From Candidatus Latescibacterota bacterium (GTDB lineage Bacteria; Latescibacterota; UBA2968; UBA8231): 64,000 nucleotides of DNA. Under the pieces are notes generated by a model that was given only the letters and a program-made list of their open reading frames with translations, searched no databases and had not been told where the DNA came from. Below, piece after piece: positions 21,730-32,169 of this stretch. The stretch is from contig CBDAOB010000003.1 of NCBI GenBank assembly GCA_965197905.1, forward strand, positions 160,001-224,000, given 5' to 3'. The position numbers and the translations under genes are program-made. Position 1 is the first letter of the stretch. The number at the start of each line of letters is the position of its first letter.

Positions 21730-23349
21730 ATGAATGCAACGAGACAGGAAGCCCGCTGGCGCACAAGGCGTATCATCTACAACAACGATGGCGATGATGT
21801 GATCCAGGCGAACAGCAGCCACGACCGGGAGGAAGAGTTGCTGGTCCGCGGCACCGGTGAGCTTATCGACGAATTCCTGGAAGCCCGTACCGCGCCATTG
21901 ATCGGAACCCAGGTGGACAGTAGTTGGTACTGCAGCTGCATGGCGGGACAAACCTTTTCCCACAACACCAGACTGGGTGGATTCTACGGCAAAGGCATTC
22001 CTCAGGAACTGGTGAGCCAGTACGGACGGGACAGCCTGCAGATCCAGACCGATTTCTGCCACGAACAGGGCATGGAGGCGTTCTGGTCGCTGCGCATGAA
22101 CGACGGCCACGATGCCCATCCGCCGGGTACGCGGCGCTGGACCTACGGCCTGGCGCCGTTCAAGCGGGACCATCCGGAATACCTCATGGGCGAGCCCGAA
22201 GACTGGGACAAGTATGAGGACGGGAGGCGTTCCTGGTCACATCTCGATTTCAGTCTTCCAGAAGTCCGGGATCACATAGTCGCGGTGATCGAGGAAGTGT
22301 GCCGGGGATACGACGTTGACGGGGTCGAGCTGGATTTTCTCAGGAGCTATCCGTATTTCCGGGAAACACGGGAGATGCTTCCAGCGCACGAAGATCACCT
22401 TGCGATGATGACCGATTTGGTGCGAAGAGTTCGCACCCTGGCCGATGAGGTGGCTGCGGAACGGGGTCGGCCCCTGCTGGTGGCCGCGCGCACGCCGTAT
22501 ACGATCGCGGATGCCCGCTTTATCGGCCTCGATCTGGCAACCTGGCTGGATGAAGATCTGCTGGACCTGTTCATCCCCGGCGGGGCCTCCGAATCGCGAA
22601 TGAGCGAATCGTTCGCCGAGGCCGTGGAGCTGGGGCACCAACACGAGATTCCGGTCTATCCCTGCATCGACTGGGGTTTCTGGAACCACTGGGCTTATCT
22701 CGCGCTATCCGAGGAACGATACCCGACCCACGGAGATTGGCTGCAATCCCTGCGCCAGGAGAAGAAGTCGCACGCCATTGCCATCAATGGCTGGCAGGGC
22801 ACCCTGCCCAGCTGGCGCGCCGCCGCTGCAAACCTCCTCAATGCAGGAGCTGACGGCATCTACACCTTCAATGGCTTCTTTGCCGGCTCCGAGGTCTGGA
22901 ACGAGATCGGGTCGCTGGAACCCATGGCGGGAAAAACGAAGCTGTTCGGCATTGATCAGTTTGGGGGTGAATCGAGTTTCTCGTCATCTTTCTCGTCATC
23001 AAAAGATAGCCGGCGCGTCGCGGTGAAGCCGGGCGCACCCCTGCGCGCGCACTTTCAGGTCGGCGAGGATCCCACTTCCAGTACTTCGCTGCATTTTCGT
23101 CTTCACCTGTGGGAGCTGACAGCTAGGGACGAGCTGCGAATTGCACTCAACGGCGAATTTATCGAAGGTCTGCACCCGTCGGCGGATCTCGGTTCGGACC
23201 CCTGCGGATGCTGGCTGGGAACCAACGTTGGCAAGCAGCTGGTAAGAAGAGGGAACAACGACCTGGAGATACACCTGGACCGCCGCAACGAAGCGCTTTC
23301 GTCAGATTTGATCTTAGACGGTGTGCAGCTGGAAATGCGGTTCGATTAG
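21730..23349 (+). CDS. GHL10-like glycoside hydrolase family protein
   Basis: RRIIYNNDG, SLRMNDGH, HPEY, YDVDGVELDF, GADGIYTFN. Confidence 0.8.
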   Translation: MNATRQEARWRTRRIIYNNDGDDVIQANSSHDREEELLVRGTGELIDEFLEARTAPLIGTQVDSSWYCSCMAGQTFSHNTRLGGFYGKGIPQELVSQYGRDSLQIQTDFCHEQGMEAFWSLRMNDGHDAHPPGTRRWTYGLAPFKRDHPEYLMGEPEDWDKYEDGRRSWSHLDFSLPEVRDHIVAVIEEVCRGYDVDGVELDFLRSYPYFRETREMLPAHEDHLAMMTDLVRRVRTLADEVAAERGRPLLVAARTPYTIADARFIGLDLATWLDEDLLDLFIPGGASESRMSESFAEAVELGHQHEIPVYPCIDWGFWNHWAYLALSEERYPTHGDWLQSLRQEKKSHAIAINGWQGTLPSWRAAAANLLNAGADGIYTFNGFFAGSEVWNEIGSLEPMAGKTKLFGIDQFGGESSFSSSFSSSKDSRRVAVKPGAPLRAHFQVGEDPTSSTSLHFRLHLWELTARDELRIALNGEFIEGLHPSADLGSDPCGCWLGTNVGKQLVRRGNNDLEIHLDRRNEALSSDLILDGVQLEMRFD

Positions 23350-23366
23350 CAGGTAGGAGGATCGAT

Positions 23367-24572
23367 ATGGAAAAAGCGTACAAGGTTCGCGCGATCCGGT
23401 GCAGTCACAAAGCATCGCAGGAAGAGATCTACGAACGGCTCAAGACGATCACTAGCCCGCTGACACGCTCGTGGGAGAAGATCGAGAAGGCTCGCCGGGT
23501 AGGGATCAAGGTCAACATGCAGATGCGCACGGATGAGATCCGCCGCATCGGGGGCCGGCGGCAGGAGCTGGTGGACGAGGATGTGCTGCGCGCCTCGTTG
23601 CGGCTGTTGAGGGATCGTACAGACGCGGAGATCTTCGTGCTCGATACCAGCATGTCGCCGGCCGGTCAACGTCCTGGGGAGGATTTCAATATGGCGCCGA
23701 TCTTCGAGGAGTTCGGCATCCCGTATGTGGAGGCGGGGGATCCGCCGTTCGAGCGCTACCAGGTGCCGGGAGGCGGGGCGATGTTCTCGGAGTATCAGCT
23801 GTCGGCGGCGTTGGGCACGGCGGACGCGTTCGTGTCGATCGCCAAGATGAAGAACCACGGCTTCATGGGCATCACCCTTTGTCTCAAGAACCTGTTCGGC
23901 CTGCCGCCGATCCCGCCCCACGGCCGCTTGCGGACCTACTATCACCACGTGATCCGGCTTTCCAACGTGCTACCGGACCTGGGCATGATCGCCGATCCGT
24001 GCCTCAACATCATCGATGCGCTCACGGGACAGGCGCGGAGGGAGTGGGGCGGCGAAGGCCGCATCTGCGATGCCCTCATCGCCGGCGACCATGTGATCGC
24101 CACCGATGCGTGCGGCACCTATCTGATGGGCACGGATCCCACGCTTGATTATCCACATCCTCCGTATCGTCGCGACCGCAGTCCGATCGTGGTAGCGGCG
24201 GAACACGGGTTTGGTACGGTGAATCTGGAGGAGATCAATTTCGACGCGGGCGAGCTGGCGCCGCCGCTGGCGGAATTCGATTCTGCGGACCTGGTGCCGA
24301 GCGAGAAGATCCGGAATCTGCGGCGGACGGCAAGCGAACAGGCGTTATTCTACCGGGAAAACCGGGAGGGCTTGTGCGAGCGGTACGGGGGGTCGTTCAT
24401 TTTCCTGCAGCGCGGCCAAGTGGTCTGGAGCGGCCCCGAGCCGCATAACGCGGGGACGGTTGAAAAGGTGAGTGGGGGAAAGGATGAGGCGGTGTGGTTG
24501 AAGCTGGTCGATCCGGAGGAGAGGGAAGGTGAGCGGATGCAGGCCTATGAGGGGGCGTTGAGAGGTTGCTAG
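23367..24572 (+). CDS. DUF362 domain protein
   Basis: KMKNH..MGITLCLKNLFG, LNIIDAL, DHVIATD; AGGAGG RBS. Confidence 0.8.
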   Translation: MEKAYKVRAIRCSHKASQEEIYERLKTITSPLTRSWEKIEKARRVGIKVNMQMRTDEIRRIGGRRQELVDEDVLRASLRLLRDRTDAEIFVLDTSMSPAGQRPGEDFNMAPIFEEFGIPYVEAGDPPFERYQVPGGGAMFSEYQLSAALGTADAFVSIAKMKNHGFMGITLCLKNLFGLPPIPPHGRLRTYYHHVIRLSNVLPDLGMIADPCLNIIDALTGQARREWGGEGRICDALIAGDHVIATDACGTYLMGTDPTLDYPHPPYRRDRSPIVVAAEHGFGTVNLEEINFDAGELAPPLAEFDSADLVPSEKIRNLRRTASEQALFYRENREGLCERYGGSFIFLQRGQVVWSGPEPHNAGTVEKVSGGKDEAVWLKLVDPEEREGERMQAYEGALRGC

Positions 24573-24593
24573 GCCTCAGCCGGCGGCGAAGAC

Positions 24594-24964
24594 TCAGAGC
24601 CCTTTTGTCATTCGATAGAACTTCAAGCCCGGTATAGGCAATCGCTGCGGCCACTGCGACTCGACGTTCATCCCGCGGCGCTCGTAGAATTGGCGAGCTC
24701 CCTCATTCTTAGCTGAGACGTCGAGGGATAGTCGAGTTGATCCGCTCGCACGAGCCCGCTCTTCAAAGGAGTCCATCAAAACGGAGCCGACGCCATCAGG
24801 TCGTGGTCGGGCTGGGCGAACGCCGTGGCGATTATGCACTCGGCGCGGCGACCGAGCATAAATCGAAAGAACCCCTCGGCTGCTTCGTCAGCGTAGCGGG
24901 CAAATGCCAGACCTTCATCGAATGTGGGGTTGGCGGCCCTTAGGACTATCGAATGCCGATCCAT
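24594..24964 (-). pseudogene. GNAT acetyltransferase cassette with internal deletion/frameshift
   Basis: N-terminal part MDRHSIVLRAA...PDHDL joins out of frame to GVGSVLM...LDV..KNEGARQFYERRG. Confidence 0.75.
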
Positions 24965-24977
24965 GTGGTCCTTCTAC

Positions 24978-25029
24978 GACGAACGCCGCGGATGCAGGCG
25001 CGCATCCGGCCGAGGCACATATGTTAGTC
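24978..25029 (-). other. attC site (short, eroded)
   Basis: GACTAAC...GGATGC-GCGCCT-GCATCC-GCGGC-GTTCGTC. Confidence 0.5.
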
Positions 25030-25092
25030 ATCTCACGTATTCCCTAGCATCGTACGTCTTTGCATTCACCCAGAGTGGATTCATGCCTGCTG

Positions 25093-25548
25093 CTAAAGTG
25101 GTGGCCCCACGAACTCCTGTCCGTGTTCCTGCGCGATCGTGGCCATTGACTCCGCATCAAGAGTACCGGCTTCAAGGGCCGCATAGAAGGCCCGAAACAT
25201 GTCCTCGACGCTCCGGGCTGGGGAAAAGACGTAGCGTAGTCGGCCACTGGTATCCCCAACGTTCTTGAACGCGTGAATCGTACCTTGGGGAACGAACGCA
25301 ACGTCGCCTGGCCCCATGTGGTGCAATACACCGGCGACTTCCACGTCGAAGCGCCCCTCAACGAAGAAGAACGTCTCGTCCTGTTCATGGTGGATATGGC
25401 GGCCAGGTCCAACTCCCGGCTCGACGATGTCCTCGAAGACGGCGTGGGTTCCCCCGGTATGCTGCCCCGAGAGCAGAATCTTGAGAATAATGGCGCCGGG
25501 AAATACTAATGTCTCCGCTTCGGCATAACGTGTATGGTTCGGCTCCAT
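25093..25548 (-). CDS. Cupin domain protein (cassette)
   Basis: PGRHIHHEQDETFFFVEG...VPQGTIH. Confidence 0.88.
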   Translation of the reverse strand: MEPNHTRYAEAETLVFPGAIILKILLSGQHTGGTHAVFEDIVEPGVGPGRHIHHEQDETFFFVEGRFDVEVAGVLHHMGPGDVAFVPQGTIHAFKNVGDTSGRLRYVFSPARSVEDMFRAFYAALEAGTLDAESMATIAQEHGQEFVGPPL

Positions 25549-25619
25549 CAAGCCCTCCATGTCTTCTTGGTGACTCGGTGAAGCTGCCCCTTAGCCGGTG
25601 AGACGGTCAGGTACCGCCT

Positions 25620-25673
25620 GGATAACGTGGGCATCACCTGGGGCAAAGCCGTCTGGTGAATGCAATGTTGTGC
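25620..25673 (-). other. attC site
   Basis: GCACAAC-ATT-GCATTCACC...GGTGATGC-CCAC-GTTATCC, with an extra base in the left arm. Confidence 0.85.
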
Positions 25674-25780
25674 ATTTGAGCCAATCCCCGGAACCGAAGG
25701 CAAATCGTCACGGCAGCAGGGTGTCTTTGCCTTCGATATAGACGACGTAGCTGTGGGCACTCCTGGTATGTAGGCGCTGA

Positions 25781-26734
25781 TCATTCCCTGCCTTTCTGGG
25801 CAAAATTCGGCGAGTCGAAAAACGTCTTCAACTCCGGGTTCCGCTGAATGTAATCCTTGAGTTCGACAACGATGTTTTCCTGAAGCTGGATGCTAAGGCC
25901 ACCGTCGACCGGCAGCACGACGCCGGTGATGAAGGAGCCCTGGGGCGAGCACAGAAAAGAGACCGCGTGGGCAATGTCGGCCGGCGTGCCCGTGCGGCGC
26001 ACCGGGTAATACAGCTCGTGCAGATGAAACCCCGCCTCGTTACCGACTTCGCCCCACAGCTTCTCCAGGTTCTCGGTCACCATATGCCCCGGTGCGATGG
26101 CGTTGACGGTGATGCCCAGGGGCCCGAAATCGATGGCCATCTGCCTGGTCAGTCCGTTGACGGCCGCCTTGCCCGTCTCGTAGATCATCCACCCCGCGGC
26201 CTGCAGCAGGCTGTGGACGGACGAGATATTGACGATCCGTCCCACCTCACTCGGAGGCGGCGAGCCGCGCCGCAGTCCCTTGCCCTCCCAGGGTTCGGGT
26301 TCGAAACCCGACGGTGGTCCCGACGCCTCCATGGCCGGCACGGCGTACTTGGCACCGAGAAAATGAGCGCCCACGAGCAGATCCATGCCTCGCCGCCAGT
26401 TGTCGAGTTCGACCTCGACGGCACTGCCTAAAACGGAGAAGCCCGCGACGCCGAAGGCGTTCTGCACCAGGATATCGAGCCGGCCGAATTCCGCTACCGC
26501 CCGCTCGACCATTTCCCTGGCCACCTCTTCCCGGGCCACATCACCCGTCATCGACGCGGCTTTCCCACCCGCGGCCTCGATGCGCTCCACATTGGCGGCT
26601 GCCGTCGACTCGTCGATGTCGACGATGAGCACCTGGGCTTCGTCGGCTGCCAGCGTGCGGGCGATTTCACCGCCGATCCCGGCTGCACCACCGGTAACGA
26701 TGGCGACCTTACCTGTCAGTTTTTCAATTGCCAT
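25781..26734 (-). CDS. SDR-family oxidoreductase (cassette)
   Basis: TGGAAGIG, VNISS, YETGK (YxxxK), VDGG; proline-rich insertion. Confidence 0.9.
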   Translation of the reverse strand: MAIEKLTGKVAIVTGGAAGIGGEIARTLAADEAQVLIVDIDESTAAANVERIEAAGGKAASMTGDVAREEVAREMVERAVAEFGRLDILVQNAFGVAGFSVLGSAVEVELDNWRRGMDLLVGAHFLGAKYAVPAMEASGPPSGFEPEPWEGKGLRRGSPPPSEVGRIVNISSVHSLLQAAGWMIYETGKAAVNGLTRQMAIDFGPLGITVNAIAPGHMVTENLEKLWGEVGNEAGFHLHELYYPVRRTGTPADIAHAVSFLCSPQGSFITGVVLPVDGGLSIQLQENIVVELKDYIQRNPELKTFFDSPNFAQKGRE

Positions 26735-26806
26735 GGTTCGTCTCCTGTGTGGGTGGGCGTTTATGATCAAGTTGAAATGCCGACTTCGGGCATGAGGCAC
26801 CTATCC

Positions 26807-26926
26807 GCACAACACGGGGATGACCAGCGGGCGGAATCACCACCAGTTCAAGCCCAGCGATCCAGATCGGCGAAGCCGTATTTCAACTACGCGTCAGTGT
26901 CAAAGCACGCCGGAGCCTTGTTAGCC
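26807..26926 (-). other. attC site (apparently hybrid arms)
   Basis: GGCTAAC-AAGGC...TCCGCCCGCTGGTCATCCCCGT-GTTGTGC. The right half resembles attC 42770-42892. Confidence 0.65.
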
Positions 26927-26953
26927 TGACATTCGATTGACGCATGGTCTCTG

Positions 26954-27427
26954 TCACAACCTGGTTCCCTCAGATCCGCGTTTGTCCCAGCTCGCCGCGG
27001 TCTCAGCATCTGCGCCGAAGAGACGTTGAGCGAGGACCATCCCGAGGGCCATCAGTGGAACAAAGATGAAGGCCTCGATTTGAAACGCACTGAGACGGGC
27101 GAGTGCGGGACCTGGGCAAAATCCCCCGAGCGCCCAACCGACGCCGAAGACAGAGGCGCCAACGATCAGTCGCGACGAGATCTCAGGACGCCCCGGTCCC
27201 GGAAGATAGGTGCCGAACCAGCCGCGCCCGCTCTTGAGTCTACGGTACGTGCCTATCAAAGCCGAATAGCTCGAAACCGCTCCCGCCATCACGAATACCA
27301 GTGTCGGATCCCAAGCGCCGGTGATATCGAGGAATCCGATCACCCGCGAGGGATCAGTCATGCCCGAGATAGACAATCCGAAGCCAAAGCTGAATCCAGC
27401 AATGATCACCAGAAATGCGCGCGTCAT
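26954..27427 (-). CDS. YeeE/YedE-family (sulfur-transport) membrane protein
   Basis: FGFGLSISGMTDP..VIGFLD, GFCPGP. Confidence 0.85.
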   Translation of the reverse strand: MTRAFLVIIAGFSFGFGLSISGMTDPSRVIGFLDITGAWDPTLVFVMAGAVSSYSALIGTYRRLKSGRGWFGTYLPGPGRPEISSRLIVGASVFGVGWALGGFCPGPALARLSAFQIEAFIFVPLMALGMVLAQRLFGADAETAASWDKRGSEGTRL

Positions 27428-27858
27428 AGAAAATGGCTCCCGAGTACCGTAAGAATGCCGGCCGCCACAAAGATGGCTGTGGCCAACAGCGAGTCGCCAG
27501 CTCCAAGGCCAATACCGCAGACACCGTGACCGCTCGTACAACCGCCGCACAACCGTGTTCCGAAGCCGACCAGCAGACCAGCAGGGACCACGATCCACAA
27601 CGGTCGCACGAACGAGAAGGCTGATGCCGAAGTGACTAGGCCGAAGGCCGTCGCTGCGCCACCGATCAGGCCGATAAGGAAGAGAATTCGCCAGCTCAGA
27701 TCTCCTGCGGACGGCCGCAGCAAACGCCCTAAGACGCCGGAGACTCCGGGGATACGGCCTGTCGCAGCTGTCGCGACAGCGCTCCCGACGCCAATCAACA
27801 CGCCGCCGAGAAGTGCCATTAGATAAGTCTCAAAGTTGCTCACGATGTCACTCCGCAT
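27424..27858 (-). CDS. YeeE/YedE-family membrane protein
   Basis: GRIPGVSG, GGCTSGHGVCG; ATGA overlap with its partner. Confidence 0.87.
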   Translation of the reverse strand: MRSDIVSNFETYLMALLGGVLIGVGSAVATAATGRIPGVSGVLGRLLRPSAGDLSWRILFLIGLIGGAATAFGLVTSASAFSFVRPLWIVVPAGLLVGFGTRLCGGCTSGHGVCGIGLGAGDSLLATAIFVAAGILTVLGSHFL

Positions 27859-27910
27859 CTGTCCTCCCTGGAAGCTCGCCGTTGGCCTACGCATTGACAC
27901 TTGACATCGT

Positions 27911-28627
27911 TCATGGGTCCAGGCAGTAGGTAAGAAGCTCTGAGATGTGGTCAAATTCCAGATCCGCCATCCCCGTCGCTGTGAAACGGTCTGAGCGTCG
28001 AAACGCCGTTGACCATCCTACTGCCGCCGCTCCTTTGATATCTGCCTCCACGTCATTGCCCACATATAGAATGCGCTTTCCTTCTAGCCCCCCGACCCGC
28101 TCGGCGAGACGAAAGATGGCGGGGTCGGGTTTCTGAATGCCAACGTCACCGGAATAGATCCGAATGTTGAGAAAGGGCAGAAGTCCAACTCCCGCAAAAG
28201 CTCGATCCATGCAGAAGCCCGGCCATGTTGTATTGGCAATGATGCCCAGCTTGTAGCCGTTTTCACTGAGCGTGCGAAGGGCAGATTCCGTACCGGGAAA
28301 AAGCCACGATACATATCGAGGTCCTGCGTAGGCGTCCGCCAGGCATGCGGCATCTTCGGTGCCGAGCGGGGGATGCAGTTCTCTTGCCACGGCCTCCATC
28401 AGCCGGAGGAAATTGTATGCCTTGCCCAGACTTTGCCGACAGAGTTCCTCCTGTCGAGTTAACGCCTCCTTCAGCGGCTCGAGATCAAGATGAACACCCA
28501 TTCCGCCCAGAAGTGCATGTACGCGCTTCGCATTCTCGGACGCGACTTGGTTGGGGGATGCATCGGAACCTGTCCCGGGTCCGTAAAGCGTCCCTCCTGA
28601 GTCAAAGAAAATGCAGTCAAATCTCAT
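27911..28627 (-). CDS. HAD-family hydrolase
   Basis: FFDSGGTL, KPDPAIF, YVGNDVEADI. Confidence 0.88.
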   Translation of the reverse strand: MRFDCIFFDSGGTLYGPGTGSDASPNQVASENAKRVHALLGGMGVHLDLEPLKEALTRQEELCRQSLGKAYNFLRLMEAVARELHPPLGTEDAACLADAYAGPRYVSWLFPGTESALRTLSENGYKLGIIANTTWPGFCMDRAFAGVGLLPFLNIRIYSGDVGIQKPDPAIFRLAERVGGLEGKRILYVGNDVEADIKGAAAVGWSTAFRRSDRFTATGMADLEFDHISELLTYCLDP

Positions 28628-29377
28628 CTATCGATGCTCCACGGTTATCCACAGAGGAAAATGGTCACTGAGATGCTGTTTGCCCGTGTCGCAGCAGGCA
28701 AGTGCCTGCTGTCTTGCGACGTCATACGTCAGCACGCAGTCACCTATTTGCCTCTTGATCCAGGCATAGTCCCAGCGTCCCTTGCCGATACTTGTGGGAG
28801 CGTCGGTACGATCAGAGAGCACGGCTGCGTCGACATAGCCATGACGTTCCAGGCATTCGCCCGCGGGTCCGCCCGGTTGCTCGTTGAAGTCTCCCACGAT
28901 TATGTCCAGCCCTGGTTCACAACTCCGGATCAAGTCCTGAAGCTCGGCTACACGTTGCGCAGCCGCCCGCTCGCCATCCAACTGACGCTTTGAAGGCAGA
29001 TGAACATTGCATATTCGCAGGCAGTAATCATCTCCCGCTACCTCAACGGTCTGCCACATCCTCTGTGTCTTAACTGCTGACTCCTGTGAACTATGGATTT
29101 GGCGCCCGCCATGGGGATGCCAGAGCACAGCGCCGCCATATTGAGAGTGCGTCGTCCCCGCACAATAGCATCCGGACATTCCCAGATGCTCGGAGACCAT
29201 TTCAAATGTTTCCCGGCCCTGAATCTCTTGCAGACAGATGACGTGCGGATTGACCTCTCGGTAGATCGCGCACAGCCGTTTGAGGATTTCCACATCGGGT
29301 GCCGGAGGCCTATCCGTCGGAAAGGGGACCCCTTGGAACCAGAAGGCGTTGTGACTGAGCACGGTGAGTTGTTTCAT
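28628..29377 (-). CDS. Endonuclease/exonuclease/phosphatase family protein
   Basis: SHN, CLQE, NVHL, GDFN, SDH. Confidence 0.88.
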   Translation of the reverse strand: MKQLTVLSHNAFWFQGVPFPTDRPPAPDVEILKRLCAIYREVNPHVICLQEIQGRETFEMVSEHLGMSGCYCAGTTHSQYGGAVLWHPHGGRQIHSSQESAVKTQRMWQTVEVAGDDYCLRICNVHLPSKRQLDGERAAAQRVAELQDLIRSCEPGLDIIVGDFNEQPGGPAGECLERHGYVDAAVLSDRTDAPTSIGKGRWDYAWIKRQIGDCVLTYDVARQQALACCDTGKQHLSDHFPLWITVEHR

Positions 29378-29441
29378 GTGCTTGTCTTCTTGACCGTGGA
29401 GGTTCTTCACATCCTGCGAACTCTGTTTCCTTGTTTCTATC

Positions 29442-30623
29442 TCAAACGACTACCTGTTCCACGGCTCGACGAGGGCTGGCCAACGCTTCTCTCTCCGGAT
29501 AACCCGCACGGAAGGCGAAGGTTGGCTTCCACGCCAGATCACCGGTGAGATCCGCCAGTACCTGCGTAGCGTGAGGTCCCTTGTTCAGTTCCCGCTCCCG
29601 ATCTACCATTTCCACCGGCTGGTTGAGAGGTTGCATAGCAATGCTTTGGCTCGTAGCCCACAGATGCATCCGCTGCCACACACGTCCAGCGCGCATGGTC
29701 TGCACCCGGTCGTAGAGGTCACGCACCGCAATCAGGCCAAACACCGGCGATGTGGCCACATGTACGTCCCGCGTCGCATCAAGCCAATATTTGTGGTCCG
29801 TTTCCGCCGATGGGGGAGGAAGCATCTTGGCTATCGCTGTCATTAGCGGGGGGAGTCCGGCGGCATCAAGCGTCGGACCGTCGCGAAATTCCTGGATATC
29901 GGCCCAGCTGGACCGAAACCATGCTTCGCTGTCATGGACCATGTTCGCATCCGCGATGATCGCTTCCGTGGCTTTGATCACAGCATCGCCAAACTTCCCC
30001 TTGTCTGCCGCTGCCGTGTAGAGAAAGACGTTAATTTCCGGGTCGTTCTCGACTATTCGGCGTATTTCCCCAAGGGCTTCAGACGGCAACGATCGGTCAG
30101 AATTGTACGCGCCACGATTCGTATGGCGCTCTGGAATGGCTTCATAGAGACTGCTTCGCTCCTGCTTTCCTGGCGGCAAGTCGATGTTGGCGACGAGCGT
30201 CGGCTCAGGTGTGCTTGGAATCGCATCTAAGTTGCCCTCGGATAGCGTGACTTCTGCCTCGTATCCATTGGCGATGGCAGCCAGCACCACATTCTCCACA
30301 GCGCAGCCCAGGCCGAGATGCATTTCTCTCAGATAGGGATCAAAGGCGCCAAGGTTCCGGATTGTATCGGCGTACAATTCAATTCGCCTTTCCGTTACCT
30401 TGAACAACCAGGGCTGAGTGTTGTGGGGGTTGGCTGCGAGAATGGCAGCACGGACCAGCGCAAGTGGCCCTTCACTGGCATCGGTGCGCCAATTCTTCTA
30501 AGGCACATACGCCGGTCCCTGACCGATACTGAAGACACCTTGGTCATAGGCACGCCACACCCCACTACCAGCAACCAAGACTGTAAGCGCACCGGCACCT
30601 TTCAGAAAGTTCCTTCGTTTCAT
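29442..30623 (-). pseudogene. Tat-exported Acg-family nitroreductase with one in-frame TAG at 30498-30500
   Basis: ATG 30623 gives MKRRNFLKGAG...PAYVP*KNW...ANPHNTQPW, in frame with ORF 29442-30407. Confidence 0.8.
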
Positions 30624-30673
30624 ATTCAATCTCCTCAACGGACTGGGCCTATCAGGCTGGACATTCCACTTAC

Positions 30674-30770
30674 GGCTAACGAGGAGTCGAGCAGCACCAC
30701 CATCTTGCCAACCGAAGCGGTGCTGATTCCGACTTCACTGTCGATTCGTCTGTTCCAGCGATTGTTATGT
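30674..30770 (-). other. attC site
   Basis: ACATAAC-AATCG-CTGGAACAG...CTGCTCGA-CTCCTC-GTTAGCC. Confidence 0.7.
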
Positions 30771-30829
30771 TTCCTCGATCTCCATCACATTGTGGATGAG
30801 ACCGGGATCCTGGCTTGGGTAGACCTGAC

Positions 30830-31998
30830 TTACATATATGGCATGTTCACATCTCGCGGTCGCTGTAGTCGCAGGAAGTAGTGCCCGAGCCCTCCAGCTC
30901 CGTACATAAAATCGGCGGAGTAGAGACCAGGTTCGTCCGTAGGCCAGGCATCACCCTCGGGCAACACTGCACGATAGGCCATGGCCATGTCAGCGAACTC
31001 ATTGGCTCGCTGCAACCAGATGGAGTCGCCACTGTCACGGTACAATTCGATGAAGAGTTCGCCGCATCCGGACAGGCCGATGCATTGGGTTATGTTGTGG
31101 CGGAAGTCGCTATAGGCATAGGTGGCCTGCCCCGCCTGTAGAGCCGTGTCACGGTAGATCGGCTCATCGAGGATCTGCGCGGCCCTGAGGAACACCACGC
31201 CGACGCCGGCGGACCCATGGCTCCACTGACAGCGGCTCAAATCCACTTCGCCCAGCACGGGAGGCCAGTTGAGGCCACCGTGGTCAGGAACGGCGTGGCG
31301 GTCAAGGGTGCGCAGGATGTCGCAGGCATTGTCGGCCCAGGTTGCCTCGCGGGTGGCTTCGTGGAGCAACAGCAGGTAGTGGGCTACGCCGCTGATGCCG
31401 TGGGCTACCCCGAGGAAGGGATCGTCGCCGAAGTTGCCGTCAGGCCGGCACAGGCAGTGACAGTCGGCATCGTCACGAACCAGATGCTCGCACAGCCAGG
31501 TGCCGTTACGCCGGGCGCCCTCCAGGTAGCGGCTCTCCTTGGTGGCTTCCCATAGCCGCAGTAGGTAGAGTCCATTTGACGCAGCGCCGCCCATGAGGTC
31601 GGTGAAGGGGCCTGGATCCTCGCGGAGGATGACATCGGCATTGTGCGCGCAATGCTCAGGAATCGGCTCGCCTGTGATCTGTGCCAGATACAGCCAGGAC
31701 ATCGCGGCCCCCGTCCGCCCCGTCAATAATCCGCGGTCGAAGCCTTCCATGTCGACTGTGGAGCACCAGCGATTGGCCTCACGAGCTAGATCCACGGCAG
31801 TTTCGCTGCCGGTCTGTCTCCCGTACTCGGCGAGGAAGATGCCGATGCCCCCGCACCCGTTGAACGCATCGTACCAGTAGTGGGGGTGATTGTCTAGTCG
31901 ATGGTCTGCCAACGCACGCCCTCGGGCACGCGCTCGGCAGTTCGCTCGATGAAGCGGTAGATGGAATGGGCCCCCTCTGTCGCAGATGTCATGGCCAT
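30830..31998 (-). pseudogene. Stand-alone LanC-like (alpha/alpha barrel) protein, frameshift near 31895
   Basis: AHGISG, QWSHGSAG, QCIGLSG motifs. The N-terminal frame MAMTSATEGAHSIYRFIERTAERVPEGVRWQTID* needs +1 nt to join the main ORF. Confidence 0.75.
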
Positions 31999-32043
31999 TC
32001 ACCTCTCTTCATGGTGTGTGCAGGAGCTGACGCGCCTTCCCAC

Positions 32044-32169
32044 ATCCAACGTCCTGGGTCTGCCGCATCCGTGGGAGCGGCACCTCGTTTTCATTTGAGC
32101 CTATCGAAATTCTCTCCAGCAGAAATATCAAAACGGCAGTGGGATGTCGGTAGCACCCTATTGCTATGC
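32044..32169 (-). other. attC site (inverse core altered to AGC)
   Basis: GCATAGC-AATAG-GGTGCTACCG-ACATCC...GGATG-CGGCAGACC-CAGGAC-GTTGGAT. Confidence 0.75.

Noticed and set aside
22977..23000. 12-bp tandem duplication TTTCTCGTCATC in the GHL10-like gene
   Set aside because: In-frame linker slippage with no evident significance.
30498..30500. Amber recoding or pyrrolysine
   Set aside because: TAG is a normal stop in many genes here, and a single TGG-to-TAG change explains it.
30830..31998. Lanthipeptide biosynthetic cluster
   Set aside because: No dehydratase, precursor or transporter nearby; the gene is an isolated cassette.
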